Numbered from the stretch's first letter, positions 36,290 through 45,318 are shown. The stretch is 46,226 nt of DNA from Microbacterium sp. (GCA_043764515.1 JAYUKK010000144.1:1-46226); one strand, 5' to 3'. Notes: generated by a model from the sequence alone, not told the origin. Translations and numbers: made by a program.

Positions 36290-37534
36290 GTGGAGCTCGT
36301 GGGCGGAGTCGTATCGGGGCTAGTCACGGGCGGCGTCACGCTGCTGGTGGTCGTAGCCGCCGTGATGGTTGCCGGAATCGTCATCGTCGCGCGACGTCGG
36401 GGGCGGCCGGGTCGCCTTCTGAAGGCTCCCGACGACGTGCGACGGCGTGCTGGCTCAGCACTCGTGCGGGCCGATGATCGCATCGCCGAGGGCGAATCCG
36501 ACGTCGAGTTCGCCATCGCCCAGTTCGGCGAGCGGGCCGCGAACGACTACCGAGAGGCTGTGCGTCGCGCCCGCACCGACCGCGACGAGATCTTCCGCTT
36601 GCACCGGCTCATTGACGAGGAACCCGACGCCGGACTCGCCAACCGCGAGCGCGCCGACCGCATCGTCATGCTTGCCGACCGCGTTGATCGTGGGCTCAGC
36701 GAACAAGCCGCGGCCTTCCGCGACCGCCGCTCACTCGAATCGACCGCGCCCGACCGTCTCGACCGCCTCCGCACGCGCATCACCGAGGCGCGAGCTCGAC
36801 TAACCGAGACAACGCGCCAGCGGGATGCCCTGCTCACCGACCACGCCCGCACCGCGCTCGGCCCCGCCGTCGACGCCCCCGAGCGCGCCGCCCGCGGCCT
36901 AGACCGTGCCGAGGGTCTGGCCGTGGATGCGGCCCCGGGCACCACGGCCGCCGCGAGCAGCGTCATGGCGACCATCACTGAGGCCGAGCGCCTGCTCTTC
37001 TCGACTGAAGAGGCACTCGAGCAGGTGCCCGCCGCGGCCGCGCGGCTCGACGACGCGGTGGACGCCCTGCAGCGCTTGCGCGACGACGCGCGTGAGGCAC
37101 GAATCGAAGCGCTCGAGGCCGCCGCGAGTGCGCCCGATGGCGACACGGGCGCCGCGATCACCGAGGCTGTGGCACAGCTCGATGGCGCGGCCCGCGACAA
37201 GAAAGCCGACCCTCTCGAGCAACTGAGCGAGTTGCGCGACGCTATGGACGCCGTCGAGGTGTCGCTCGCCTCATCGCGCACGCAAGCTCAACGCCTCGCG
37301 CACGCGCGCGAGGCGTACCACGCCGCACGCGTGCAGGCCGAGGCGCAATTGGCTGCCGCGCGCGACGCCGTCGGCTCGGGCGGCTCGGCAGGTGCGCGGG
37401 CACGACTGGAAGATGCGGTCGACGAATTGCGGGCATCCCGCGACATGCTCGAGACCGACCCGGTCGGCGCACTCGATGCCGTGCGGCGGGCGCTGACGAA
37501 TGCGCGCGATGCCGAGGTGCTCGCGCGCTACTGA
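36290..37534 (+). CDS. membrane-anchored coiled-coil protein
   Basis: Single N-terminal TM, A.SALVRADD....E.DVEFA.AQFG, long Ala-rich helices, DPV.AL. Resembles the C-terminal region of actinobacterial TPM-domain proteins (recollection). TAGAAT 6 nt upstream. Confidence 0.75.
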   Translation: MELVGGVVSGLVTGGVTLLVVVAAVMVAGIVIVARRRGRPGRLLKAPDDVRRRAGSALVRADDRIAEGESDVEFAIAQFGERAANDYREAVRRARTDRDEIFRLHRLIDEEPDAGLANRERADRIVMLADRVDRGLSEQAAAFRDRRSLESTAPDRLDRLRTRITEARARLTETTRQRDALLTDHARTALGPAVDAPERAARGLDRAEGLAVDAAPGTTAAASSVMATITEAERLLFSTEEALEQVPAAAARLDDAVDALQRLRDDAREARIEALEAAASAPDGDTGAAITEAVAQLDGAARDKKADPLEQLSELRDAMDAVEVSLASSRTQAQRLAHAREAYHAARVQAEAQLAAARDAVGSGGSAGARARLEDAVDELRASRDMLETDPVGALDAVRRALTNARDAEVLARY

Positions 37535-37550
37535 GCGTGCAGCACAGCCT

Positions 37551-38204
37551 TCACTGACTCGCTTGCAGCCAGGCAAGCACGGCGAGCACACGGCGGTGGT
37601 CGCCTTCCGCCGCATCGAGGCCGAGCTTGGCGAAGATCGCGGAGATGTGTTTCTCAACGGCTCCGACCCCGATGAACAACGCCGCGGCGATAGCGCTGTT
37701 AGTGCGGCCTTGCGCCATGAGTTCGAGCACCTCGCGCTCGCGTGCCGTCAGCGACTGCAGCGGATCGACGCGTCGGGCCATGAGTTGCGTGATGACCTCG
37801 GGGTCGAGCACCGTGCCGCCGGCGGCAACGCGGTCAAGGGCATCCCGAACCTCATCGAGCGAGACGACGCGGTCTTTCAGCAGATAGCCGACGCCGCCCG
37901 TTCCGGCCGCGAGCAGTTCTTGCGCATAGGCCACCTCGACATATTGCGAGAGCAGCAAGATCGCGATGCCCGGGTATCGGCCGCGCAGCTCGATGGCGGC
38001 GCGCACGCCCTCGTCGCGAAACGTCGGCGGCATGCGCACGTCGAGCACAACGGCATCAAGCTCGAGCGTGGGGAGTGCAGCGAGCAAAGCCTCGGCATCG
38101 CCGAACGATCCGACGACCTCGAGACCCGCATCGCGCAGCACGCGAACCAGCCCTTCGCGCAGCAGCACCGAATCATCGGCGACCGCTACGCGAAGGGCTG
38201 TCAT
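37551..38204 (-). CDS. NarL/LuxR family response regulator
   Basis: VADDSVLLREG, LDVRMPP, LLSQY, GYLLKD. LuxR HTH LTAREREVLELMAQG.TN..IA. Confidence 0.95.
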   Translation of the reverse strand: MTALRVAVADDSVLLREGLVRVLRDAGLEVVGSFGDAEALLAALPTLELDAVVLDVRMPPTFRDEGVRAAIELRGRYPGIAILLLSQYVEVAYAQELLAAGTGGVGYLLKDRVVSLDEVRDALDRVAAGGTVLDPEVITQLMARRVDPLQSLTAREREVLELMAQGRTNSAIAAALFIGVGAVEKHISAIFAKLGLDAAEGDHRRVLAVLAWLQASQ

Positions 38205-38214
38205 GCCTTCCAGA

Positions 38215-39621
38215 TTAGGCACTCGGCTCGCTGTCTGCTGATGGGGCGGCGGATGCCCCGCTCACGCCCACCACCGGCAACGTCACCGTGACCGACGTCG
38301 GGCCACCCTCGGGGCTCGAGAGCGTGAACGTGCCGCCCATACCGGCCGCGCGGTCACGCAGCCCGGCGAGGCCGTGCCCGATCTTCTCCATCGCTCCGCC
38401 GATGCCGTCGTCCGTGACAGCGATCACGAGGGCGCCGCTGACGGTCGTGACGCTCAGCGTGACGCCGGTCGCCTGCGAGTGCTTCGAGGCGTTCGCGATG
38501 AGCTCGCTCGCCACAAAGTAGGCGTTGCGCGCCACCTCGTCGGGCAAGTTCGTTGTCGCCCCCAGCTCACTCGCGAGCGTCACGGGGATGCTTGAGCGGG
38601 TCGCCAGCGACTCGAGCGCCGCGAACAGCCCGCGATCGAGCAGCAGCGGCGGCGCGAAGCCCCGCGACAGGTTTCGGAGCTCGTCGAGCGCGTCTTGCGC
38701 TTGGCGGCGGGCATCCTGCAACAACGTGACGGCTTCGGCGCGATTCGCGGCGATGTTCTTCGTGCCGGTCTCTGTCAGGCGGCGTTCAGCGGCAGCGAGG
38801 TCCATCTGCAAGCGGATGAGGCGCTGCTGCGGGCCGTCATGAATGTCGCGCTCGATGCGACGCAGGGCCGAGCCTTCAGCGGCAACCGCGGCTTGACGCG
38901 AGGTGAAGAGGCTCGAGACCTGGGCCTCGAGCTGCTCGTTCGTAAAGCGGCCCAAGAACGGACGCGCGATTGCCGCGTGCAGCCACGTGAGCCCCCGCAG
39001 CACATAGGGCAGCGTCACGATCGCGACAACGCCCAGCACGATCAGAAGGACCATCGCGACAGCCCGGAATTCGTCGCCGAGGCCGCCGAAGCGAACCGTG
39101 TCACCCCAACCCAAGAGCAGCGCGAGAGGCGCAAAAACGGCAGCACCAATAGTCGCAAACGTCACGACCAGCACGACAAACGAGATGGTCGCCATGATCG
39201 GGGCGATCACGACCGCGTGCAGCAGGGCGAGCCAGTAGCGCCCATTGGCGAGCGGGCGCAACCAGCGCTTCCACCACACGGCAGTCGGGTCAGCGGGCCA
39301 CACAGGCTGGCTGATGGGGGTCTCGCCTGCCCACCGCAAGCGGGCGATCTCGAACTGCCCCACATAGCGGGCGAGCAACAGGGTGAGCGACAACACGAAG
39401 ATGCCAACGATCACGATCAGCAAGCTGACGGCCGTCGAGAAGATCGAGCTCAACACGCTCACAACGGCGATAGCAATGACGAAGGTCGGAATCAGGTAGC
39501 CGAGCGCGCGCGGCACGCGACGCCAGAGGGCGCCGTAGCTCCAGCTATCGGCGGCTACTGGCGCCGGGCTGGGCGCCGCCGCAGTGTTCAACGCCGCGGG
39601 GGTCACAGGTGCGGTGGTCAT
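38215..39621 (-). CDS. membrane sensor histidine kinase (HisKA_3 type)
   Basis: About 4 TM sensor region, RRIERDIHDGPQQRL, ELIANASKHS, V.DDG.GGA, GHGLAGL.DR, GGPT. RBS AGGAGA. Confidence 0.95.
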   Translation of the reverse strand: MTTAPVTPAALNTAAAPSPAPVAADSWSYGALWRRVPRALGYLIPTFVIAIAVVSVLSSIFSTAVSLLIVIVGIFVLSLTLLLARYVGQFEIARLRWAGETPISQPVWPADPTAVWWKRWLRPLANGRYWLALLHAVVIAPIMATISFVVLVVTFATIGAAVFAPLALLLGWGDTVRFGGLGDEFRAVAMVLLIVLGVVAIVTLPYVLRGLTWLHAAIARPFLGRFTNEQLEAQVSSLFTSRQAAVAAEGSALRRIERDIHDGPQQRLIRLQMDLAAAERRLTETGTKNIAANRAEAVTLLQDARRQAQDALDELRNLSRGFAPPLLLDRGLFAALESLATRSSIPVTLASELGATTNLPDEVARNAYFVASELIANASKHSQATGVTLSVTTVSGALVIAVTDDGIGGAMEKIGHGLAGLRDRAAGMGGTFTLSSPEGGPTSVTVTLPVVGVSGASAAPSADSEPSA

Positions 39622-39726
39622 GGGTTTCTCCTGAGGTCAGACTGCCACGCAGCACGGTGCTGCGAGCGTGAACTCAGCCTCGCGATTCGCCCCGCGCCGC
39701 GGCATCCGGTCGACCCACGAACCGTG

Positions 39727-39742
39727 CGGGGGCTAACCCCCG
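39727..39742. promoter_or_regulatory. CGGGGG-CTAA-CCCCCG inverted repeat upstream of the two-component operon
   Basis: Seen directly. Could be a response-regulator site or a hairpin ending the upstream methyltransferase transcript. Confidence 0.45.
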
Positions 39743-39745
39743 CCT

Positions 39746-40591
39746 TTAGGCCTCGAGCTGCAGGGTGACGATCGACACCGCGATCGTCACGCTGATGGGC
39801 GCTTGCCACTCGGCGAGCACCTTCTCGACTTTTGCACGGTCTTGGTGAAACGCGTTGGGGCCCATGAAGACCGAGTCGAGGGCCTGCTCGACACTCAGCT
39901 GCACGCGTTGCCGCACCTCGTGCACGCTCACGACCTGCGCGTCAGGGATGCTCGCCGCCACCTCTTCTGCCTTACCCGCCGGCACCTTCATGAGCTTCAG
40001 CCCGTGGCCGAGCTCGCGCAGGTGATCGGCGTGCGGCACGACGAACACGGCGGTGCCACCGGGAGCCAGGATGCGGCGCACTTCGGCAGCGCCACCGGGC
40101 GCAAAGATGCGCAGGGCAACGTCGACGCTCGCGTCGCGCACGGGGATTCCCGTCCACACATCGGCGCTGACCCCGGCCAACCGTTCGTGCGCGCGGGCCG
40201 CGATGCGCACCGCTGCGGCCGAGGCATCGAGCACGACTCCGCGCAGCTCGGGGCGAGCATCCAGCACTGCGGCGGCGTACCACCCGGTGCCGCCGCCGAG
40301 GTCGGCGAGCCAGCCCCGCGCATCCGTCGGCACGGCCGCGAGCACCGCGGTTCGAATCTCATCGTGAAAGCCCTCGCCCTGAAAGCGCTCGCGCGCTTCG
40401 AGCATCTCGGGGGTGTCGCCGCTCGCGGGCGCGCCCTTGCCCTTGTGGGCGGCGCGCAGGCTCAAGTAGCCCTGGCGGGCTTGGTCGAAGTGGTGACGGT
40501 TGGTGCACGAGGCACCGCCATCGGCGGGAGCGAGGGGCTCGCCACAGCTCGGGCACTGCAGAATGTCGAAGGCTGCGTCGAGGGTAGTCAC
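39746..40591 (-). CDS. RlmA-like 23S rRNA m1G745/G748 methyltransferase
   Basis: Zinc finger CPSC...C.NRH.FD.ARQGY..L, GDT.EML.AR..F, DLGGGTGWY, IFAP, P...HL.EL, MGP.AFH. Confidence 0.85.
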   Translation of the reverse strand: MTTLDAAFDILQCPSCGEPLAPADGGASCTNRHHFDQARQGYLSLRAAHKGKGAPASGDTPEMLEARERFQGEGFHDEIRTAVLAAVPTDARGWLADLGGGTGWYAAAVLDARPELRGVVLDASAAAVRIAARAHERLAGVSADVWTGIPVRDASVDVALRIFAPGGAAEVRRILAPGGTAVFVVPHADHLRELGHGLKLMKVPAGKAEEVAASIPDAQVVSVHEVRQRVQLSVEQALDSVFMGPNAFHQDRAKVEKVLAEWQAPISVTIAVSIVTLQLEA

Positions 40592-40684
40592 CCGCAACGG
40601 TACCGCGCCCACCGCGGGTAGATTGGGCGCGGCGACTCCCGAGCAGGTTCGGCGGCCATCCCTCTCACACGAAGGTCTCCCCCG

Positions 40685-41536
40685 GTGGCGGTCGTCTACA
40701 TCCTTATCAACGCGCTGTTCATCGCGATGAGCAACGTCATGGGTGGGGTCGCGGCTCGGCGCATGCCGCTCATCATCGTCGTGGCCATCGCGGGCCCGAC
40801 GACCATCGTCATCGCCCTGCTGCTCGCGCTGATCATGCCCGGCACGCCGAGCTGGGCCGGTTTCTGGATCGGCTTTGCCGCAGGCCTACTCGGCGGCAGC
40901 GGCCTGCCCGTGGCCTACCGCGCGTTTGCCATCGGGCCCGTCGGCATCGCGGGCGCCGTGCTCGCCGTCGTCGGCACGGCTCTGCTTGTGCTCGTGGGCG
41001 TCGTCACGGGCGACGCCATCACGCCCCTCCGCGGTGCGGGCCTCGCTCTCGGACTCATCGCCATTCTGCTTGTCACGTACCGGCCCCCCGTCGACGGCGT
41101 GCGACCGAGCCTGCGGGGTCCGCTGTTGGCTGCTGTTGCGGCCACTCTCTTCACGGGCTTCATCGTGACGATCAACTCGGCCCCCTCGGCAGACGGACTG
41201 TGGCCCATCGTCGGGGCACGCTTCGGCGTCACCACCATCGCGATGGTGCTTTTGGGGTGGATGCTCTGCCGCCAGGGCGCCCGCACGGTCGGCGGGCACT
41301 TCCGCACCCGGTACGTGCTCTTTCCGATGGCCACCGGTGCCGCCGACATTCTCGGCAACCTGTTCCTCGTGCTCGCGTTGCAAACGGGTGACCTCGTGCT
41401 GCTCGCGATTCTCGCTCCCGCGGCCCCCGTCTTCACGGCGATCATCGGCCGCGTGTTCTTGGGCGAGCTCATGACGCGCTGGCAAGTGCTCGGGCTCGTC
41501 GTGGCCTCGGCCGCGCTCGTGCTCGCCTCGCTCTAG
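40685..41536 (+). CDS. EamA/DMT family transporter
   Basis: About 10 TM helices in two repeats, GG.AARR, YRA.AIGP.GI, P.FT.I.GR.FLGE. Confidence 0.85.
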   Translation: MAVVYILINALFIAMSNVMGGVAARRMPLIIVVAIAGPTTIVIALLLALIMPGTPSWAGFWIGFAAGLLGGSGLPVAYRAFAIGPVGIAGAVLAVVGTALLVLVGVVTGDAITPLRGAGLALGLIAILLVTYRPPVDGVRPSLRGPLLAAVAATLFTGFIVTINSAPSADGLWPIVGARFGVTTIAMVLLGWMLCRQGARTVGGHFRTRYVLFPMATGAADILGNLFLVLALQTGDLVLLAILAPAAPVFTAIIGRVFLGELMTRWQVLGLVVASAALVLASL

Positions 41537-41880
41537 GCCTGCTCGATTGATCGCGCGGCGAGTGCCGTGGCGATGAGTTCGATCACCTCGAGCGGCAGCG
41601 GCTGTGCGTGCAGAAAGTGCACCGAGTCGGTCTTCGCGCGATACGGCCCGACCGCGGCCTCGAAAGCGTCGTCACCCCGATAGATCGGGTAGAGCGCGAG
41701 GTGCTGCTTCCAGTTCGCGTAGTGCAGGCCGTGGCGTGCGTCGACCATGACGGCGGGCATCCCGTAGCGAAACGCCTCGGTGCCGTTCGGGATGCACCGC
41801 AGCAACACGGTGCGCACCGCGACCAGTCGCTCACGCGCGGCCTCGGGCGCTGCGGCGATGTAGTCGTCGATCTCGCTCAT
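41533..41880 (-). CDS. DUF1801 (YdhG-like) protein
   Basis: IDDYIAA.P...RERL..VR, E..RYGMP, WK.H.ALYP, PLP.EVI. Confidence 0.85.
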   Translation of the reverse strand: MSEIDDYIAAAPEAARERLVAVRTVLLRCIPNGTEAFRYGMPAVMVDARHGLHYANWKQHLALYPIYRGDDAFEAAVGPYRAKTDSVHFLHAQPLPLEVIELIATALAARSIEQA

Positions 41881-42929
41881 GCGCGGGCGGCCGCGACGCG
41901 GGCGAGCGCGAGTCGGTCAGCAGCATCGAGCGGCGTGACGCCCTCGAGGGTCGCGAGGGCGAGCACGTCGGCAAGCGTGCCGCCGATACCGCGCAGGCGT
42001 GTGTCGACAGTCTCGGCGCTCTCGCCGCGCTCGGTAAGGGCCAGGTGAATGACTCCCCCGGCGTTGACGACGTAGTCGGGGGCGTACAGGATGCCTCGCG
42101 CCGCGAGCGCGTCCGCCCCACTGCGCTCAGCGAGCGGGTTATTCGCCGGCCCGCACACGGCGCGCACGGGCAGCTGCTCGATCACGGGCGTGGTCAGGAC
42201 TCCGCCGAGGCCAGCCGGCACGAAAAGATCGGCGGGCGTCGACACGGCGTCGGCCGCGTCAATCCAGGTGGCACCGAGCTCATCGGCGAGAGCGCGCGCG
42301 GCCGGGTTGATGTCGGTGACGGTCAGCACAGCCCCGGCATCGGCGAGACGCCGTGCCAGCCGCGAGCCCACCTGCCCGAGCCCCGAGATGACGAAAGAGC
42401 GACCCGCGACATCGGCCGAACCGAAGACCGCGAGCAGCACCTGCTCGATCGAAGCAAAGACGCCGAGCGCCGTACCGGCGGCCGGTTCACCCGCGCCGCC
42501 ATCGGCGGCGGGAAGGCCGACGACGTGCTGGGTCCGCTCGCGCACGATGAGCATGTCGTGCTCGGTCACTCCCACGTCTTCGGTCGTGATGTACGCGCCG
42601 CCGAACGACTCGACGAGGTCGCCGAGGTCAAGCAGGGCATCCCGTCGCTCAGCGGGGTCGAGCACGCGACCCGGAGGCAGGGCGATCACGGCCTTGCCGC
42701 CGCCCGCGCCGATGTCGGCGAGCGCGTTCTTCATCGTCATTGCCTGGCCGAGGCGCATGGCGTCAGCGACGCCGTCGAGCCAGTGCTCATACGTCCAGAG
42801 TCGGCAGCCGCCGAGGGCGGGGCCGATCGCGCTCGAGTGCAGGGCCACGGTGATGTGTAGGCCCGAGCGGGCGCCGGTGACGGTTGTCACGCGCTCGTGC
42901 GTGAAGTCGGGCAGCGGGGCGGGAGACAT
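41877..42929 (-). CDS. Leu/Phe/Val dehydrogenase family protein
   Basis: GPALGGCR, MTMKNA, GGGKAVI, EDVG, TALGV, GLGQVG, GPANN, APDYVVNAGG. RBS AAGGAGG. Confidence 0.92.
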   Translation of the reverse strand: MSPAPLPDFTHERVTTVTGARSGLHITVALHSSAIGPALGGCRLWTYEHWLDGVADAMRLGQAMTMKNALADIGAGGGKAVIALPPGRVLDPAERRDALLDLGDLVESFGGAYITTEDVGVTEHDMLIVRERTQHVVGLPAADGGAGEPAAGTALGVFASIEQVLLAVFGSADVAGRSFVISGLGQVGSRLARRLADAGAVLTVTDINPAARALADELGATWIDAADAVSTPADLFVPAGLGGVLTTPVIEQLPVRAVCGPANNPLAERSGADALAARGILYAPDYVVNAGGVIHLALTERGESAETVDTRLRGIGGTLADVLALATLEGVTPLDAADRLALARVAAARA

Positions 42930-43018
42930 GCGTTTCCTCCTTGTAGCGCACCGCTTGTGGCGGCGCCGGCGTTCCGCGGGTTGTGCGGTCACGACCATCC
43001 TGGTCTAGCATCGCGCGA

Positions 43019-43351
43019 GTGGGTGATATTCAGTCGCACCTGACCTGCAACGTCGAGCAGTTCAGTCAACGCATCAAGATGCGTGACAACGTCGACGCTC
43101 CGCGCGAGGTCGAGCACTTCGCGAACTTTTCCGCGATGAAGGATGCCCGCGCAGCCAGCGCCGCCCTCGAGACCCTCGGCTATGCCGTGAAGGTCACGCG
43201 GCGCATGCTCTTCCGCGGCACTCTGCGCGCGGCAAAAATTGCCACTGTCGATGTCGAGACCGCCGACCGCATGGTCGACGAGGTCTTCACGGTCGTGGCC
43301 GCGCACCGCGGTGACTACGACGGCTGGGGCGCCCCGGTCGTTCAGAGCTGA
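43019..43351 (+). CDS. RraB-like (ribonuclease E inhibitor family) protein
   Basis: D....PREVEHFA.F and terminal GDYDGWG. GTG 7 nt after TAGCAT. Confidence 0.78.
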   Translation: MGDIQSHLTCNVEQFSQRIKMRDNVDAPREVEHFANFSAMKDARAASAALETLGYAVKVTRRMLFRGTLRAAKIATVDVETADRMVDEVFTVVAAHRGDYDGWGAPVVQS

Positions 43352-43357
43352 CGCGGG

Positions 43358-44404
43358 TCAGGCGCCGGCACCCTCGAGGTCGCCGACACTCAGCGACACA
43401 GCGTCGACGAGGTCGAGCGGGGTTGCCGGGCGGGTGGACATCCACGACACGCGCTTCTTCCAGCGTCCGCGCCCGAAACCACCGACGAGCGCGCGCAGCA
43501 CGGCCGTTTCGTCGAGCCCGGCTTCGACGAGCGCGGTGAGCTCAGCCGAATTGAGGCCAAGCGGCTGCTCGGCGCCATCTGGAGCGCTGTTGCCGAGGTC
43601 GCTGCCGTAGAGCAGCTCTCCTCCGGCGGCGCGGAAGGCGCGCACATTCTCGATCGCGAATGCTCGCTCGGCCGGCTCGTGGATGGCGAGCGTCGAGACC
43701 CAGCGCTGCCCCTGCGCGATGGCTTGTTCGACGAGGGCCGCGGCGAGCACCTCGCTGAACGGCGCGTGGGCGAGCACGTCGACTCCGGCCGCGATCGCGC
43801 GCGCCGCTTGGCCTGCGCCTTCGGCGTGCGCGACGACGGGCAGACCGGCCGCGCGAATCTCGGCGACAACCTCGGCGAGCAGCGCGTCATCCCACACCGG
43901 CCCCGCCTCGGCGTTGAGCGCGATCTTGATGCGGGATGCCCCTGCCGCCACCTGCTCGGCCACCGCGAGCTCGGCGTCATCGGCCGACGAGACCTCGCGC
44001 CACGAGTTGTCGGGTGCCCAGGCCCGGTCACTCGGGTAGCCGCCGGGTGCCGTGAGGAACGCGCCCGCAAACTCGAGCGCGGCGGCAAAGGGATCGGGCT
44101 CGGCGAGCACCGCGAGCACATCGGGGTCGCCCCCGAGGTCGATCACGCGGGAGAGTCCGCCCGCGGCGAGTGGCTCGAGCGCATCGGCGGGGTGCAACTG
44201 CACGTGCACGTGATGGTCGGTGAAGCCGGGCAGCAGCACTCCGGGGAGGTCGACGACGCCGGCAGGGTCAGCGGTCGTTGACGGGCCGACGTAGTGCAGG
44301 GTGCCTCCTCCACGGCGCACGAGGCTCGGGCCCATCCACTCGCCGCGCCACGCGTCGGCGACGCGGAAGACGGCGGGAGGAGCATCCATCGCCTTGGGGG
44401 TCAT
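43358..44404 (-). CDS. metal-dependent amidohydrolase superfamily protein
   Basis: LLPGFTDHHVH, IKI, VAHA, LAH, YGSDLGN. ATGA overlap with the kynA stop. Confidence 0.85.
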   Translation of the reverse strand: MTPKAMDAPPAVFRVADAWRGEWMGPSLVRRGGGTLHYVGPSTTADPAGVVDLPGVLLPGFTDHHVHVQLHPADALEPLAAGGLSRVIDLGGDPDVLAVLAEPDPFAAALEFAGAFLTAPGGYPSDRAWAPDNSWREVSSADDAELAVAEQVAAGASRIKIALNAEAGPVWDDALLAEVVAEIRAAGLPVVAHAEGAGQAARAIAAGVDVLAHAPFSEVLAAALVEQAIAQGQRWVSTLAIHEPAERAFAIENVRAFRAAGGELLYGSDLGNSAPDGAEQPLGLNSAELTALVEAGLDETAVLRALVGGFGRGRWKKRVSWMSTRPATPLDLVDAVSLSVGDLEGAGA

Positions 44405-45270
44405 GCTTGGCCGATCTCGGTGCGCACCGCGTAGAGCTCGGGAAAGAAGGTGAGGTCGAGCGCGCGTTGCAAGAAGTCGACGCCCGCCGAACCGCCCGTA
44501 CCGCGCTTGAAGCCGATCGTGCGGCGCACAGTGCGCAAGTGGCGGAAGCGCCAGAGTTGGAAGTTGTCTTCGAGGTCGACGAGTTCTTCGCACGCCTCGT
44601 AAACGCGCCAATTCGAGGCGTCAGCGTCGTGGGCGCCCTCGTAGATCTCGACGAAGACGGGGACGAGCTCGGGCGTGAAGACGTGTGCCTTCGTGACGTC
44701 GCGCTCGAGCACGCTCGCGGGAATCGCGATGCCCTGCCGCGCCAGGTGCCGCAGAAACTCGTCGTACAGGCTCGGCTCGTGCAGCAGCCCTTCGAGCACC
44801 GCGTGCGCCTCGGGGTCGCTCTCGAACACGGCGAGCATGCCCGCGTGCTTGTTGCCGAGAATGAACTCGATCGCGCGGTACTGGTGCGACTGAAAGCCCG
44901 AGGAGTTCGCGAGAAAGCCACGGAACTCGGCGTATTCGGTGGGAGTGAGCGTCGCGAGCACGCTCCACTGCTGGATGAGTGCCTCTTGAATGTGCTTGAT
45001 GCGCGCGATGCGCTTGAGGGCTCCGCCGAGGTCGTCGTCGATGAGGCACTGGCGGGCCGAGCGCGCCTCGTGCAGCAGCAGCTTCATCCACAGCTCACTC
45101 GTCTGGTGCTGGATGATGAACAGCAGTTCGTCGTGGTGCTCGGGCTCGCTGATCGGGCGCTGCAGTTGCAGCAACTCATCGAGCGCCAGGTACGAGCCGT
45201 AGCTCATGCGGGTCGAGAAGTCGGTGACGACCCCTTCGTCGATCGGGCGCGTGTTGTCGTTGTCGCTCAC
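44401..45270 (-). CDS. kynA: tryptophan 2,3-dioxygenase
   Basis: YGSYL.LD.LL, HDELLFIIQHQTSELWMK, SSGFQS.QYR.IEF, WRFRH..TV.RTIG.K.GTGGS.G, FFPEL..VR. Confidence 0.96.
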   Translation of the reverse strand: MSDNDNTRPIDEGVVTDFSTRMSYGSYLALDELLQLQRPISEPEHHDELLFIIQHQTSELWMKLLLHEARSARQCLIDDDLGGALKRIARIKHIQEALIQQWSVLATLTPTEYAEFRGFLANSSGFQSHQYRAIEFILGNKHAGMLAVFESDPEAHAVLEGLLHEPSLYDEFLRHLARQGIAIPASVLERDVTKAHVFTPELVPVFVEIYEGAHDADASNWRVYEACEELVDLEDNFQLWRFRHLRTVRRTIGFKRGTGGSAGVDFLQRALDLTFFPELYAVRTEIGQA

Positions 45271-45318
45271 CCCGCGACTGTAGCCCTCGGCGGGCACCCC
45301 GTGCGTCGTTAGCTGCGC

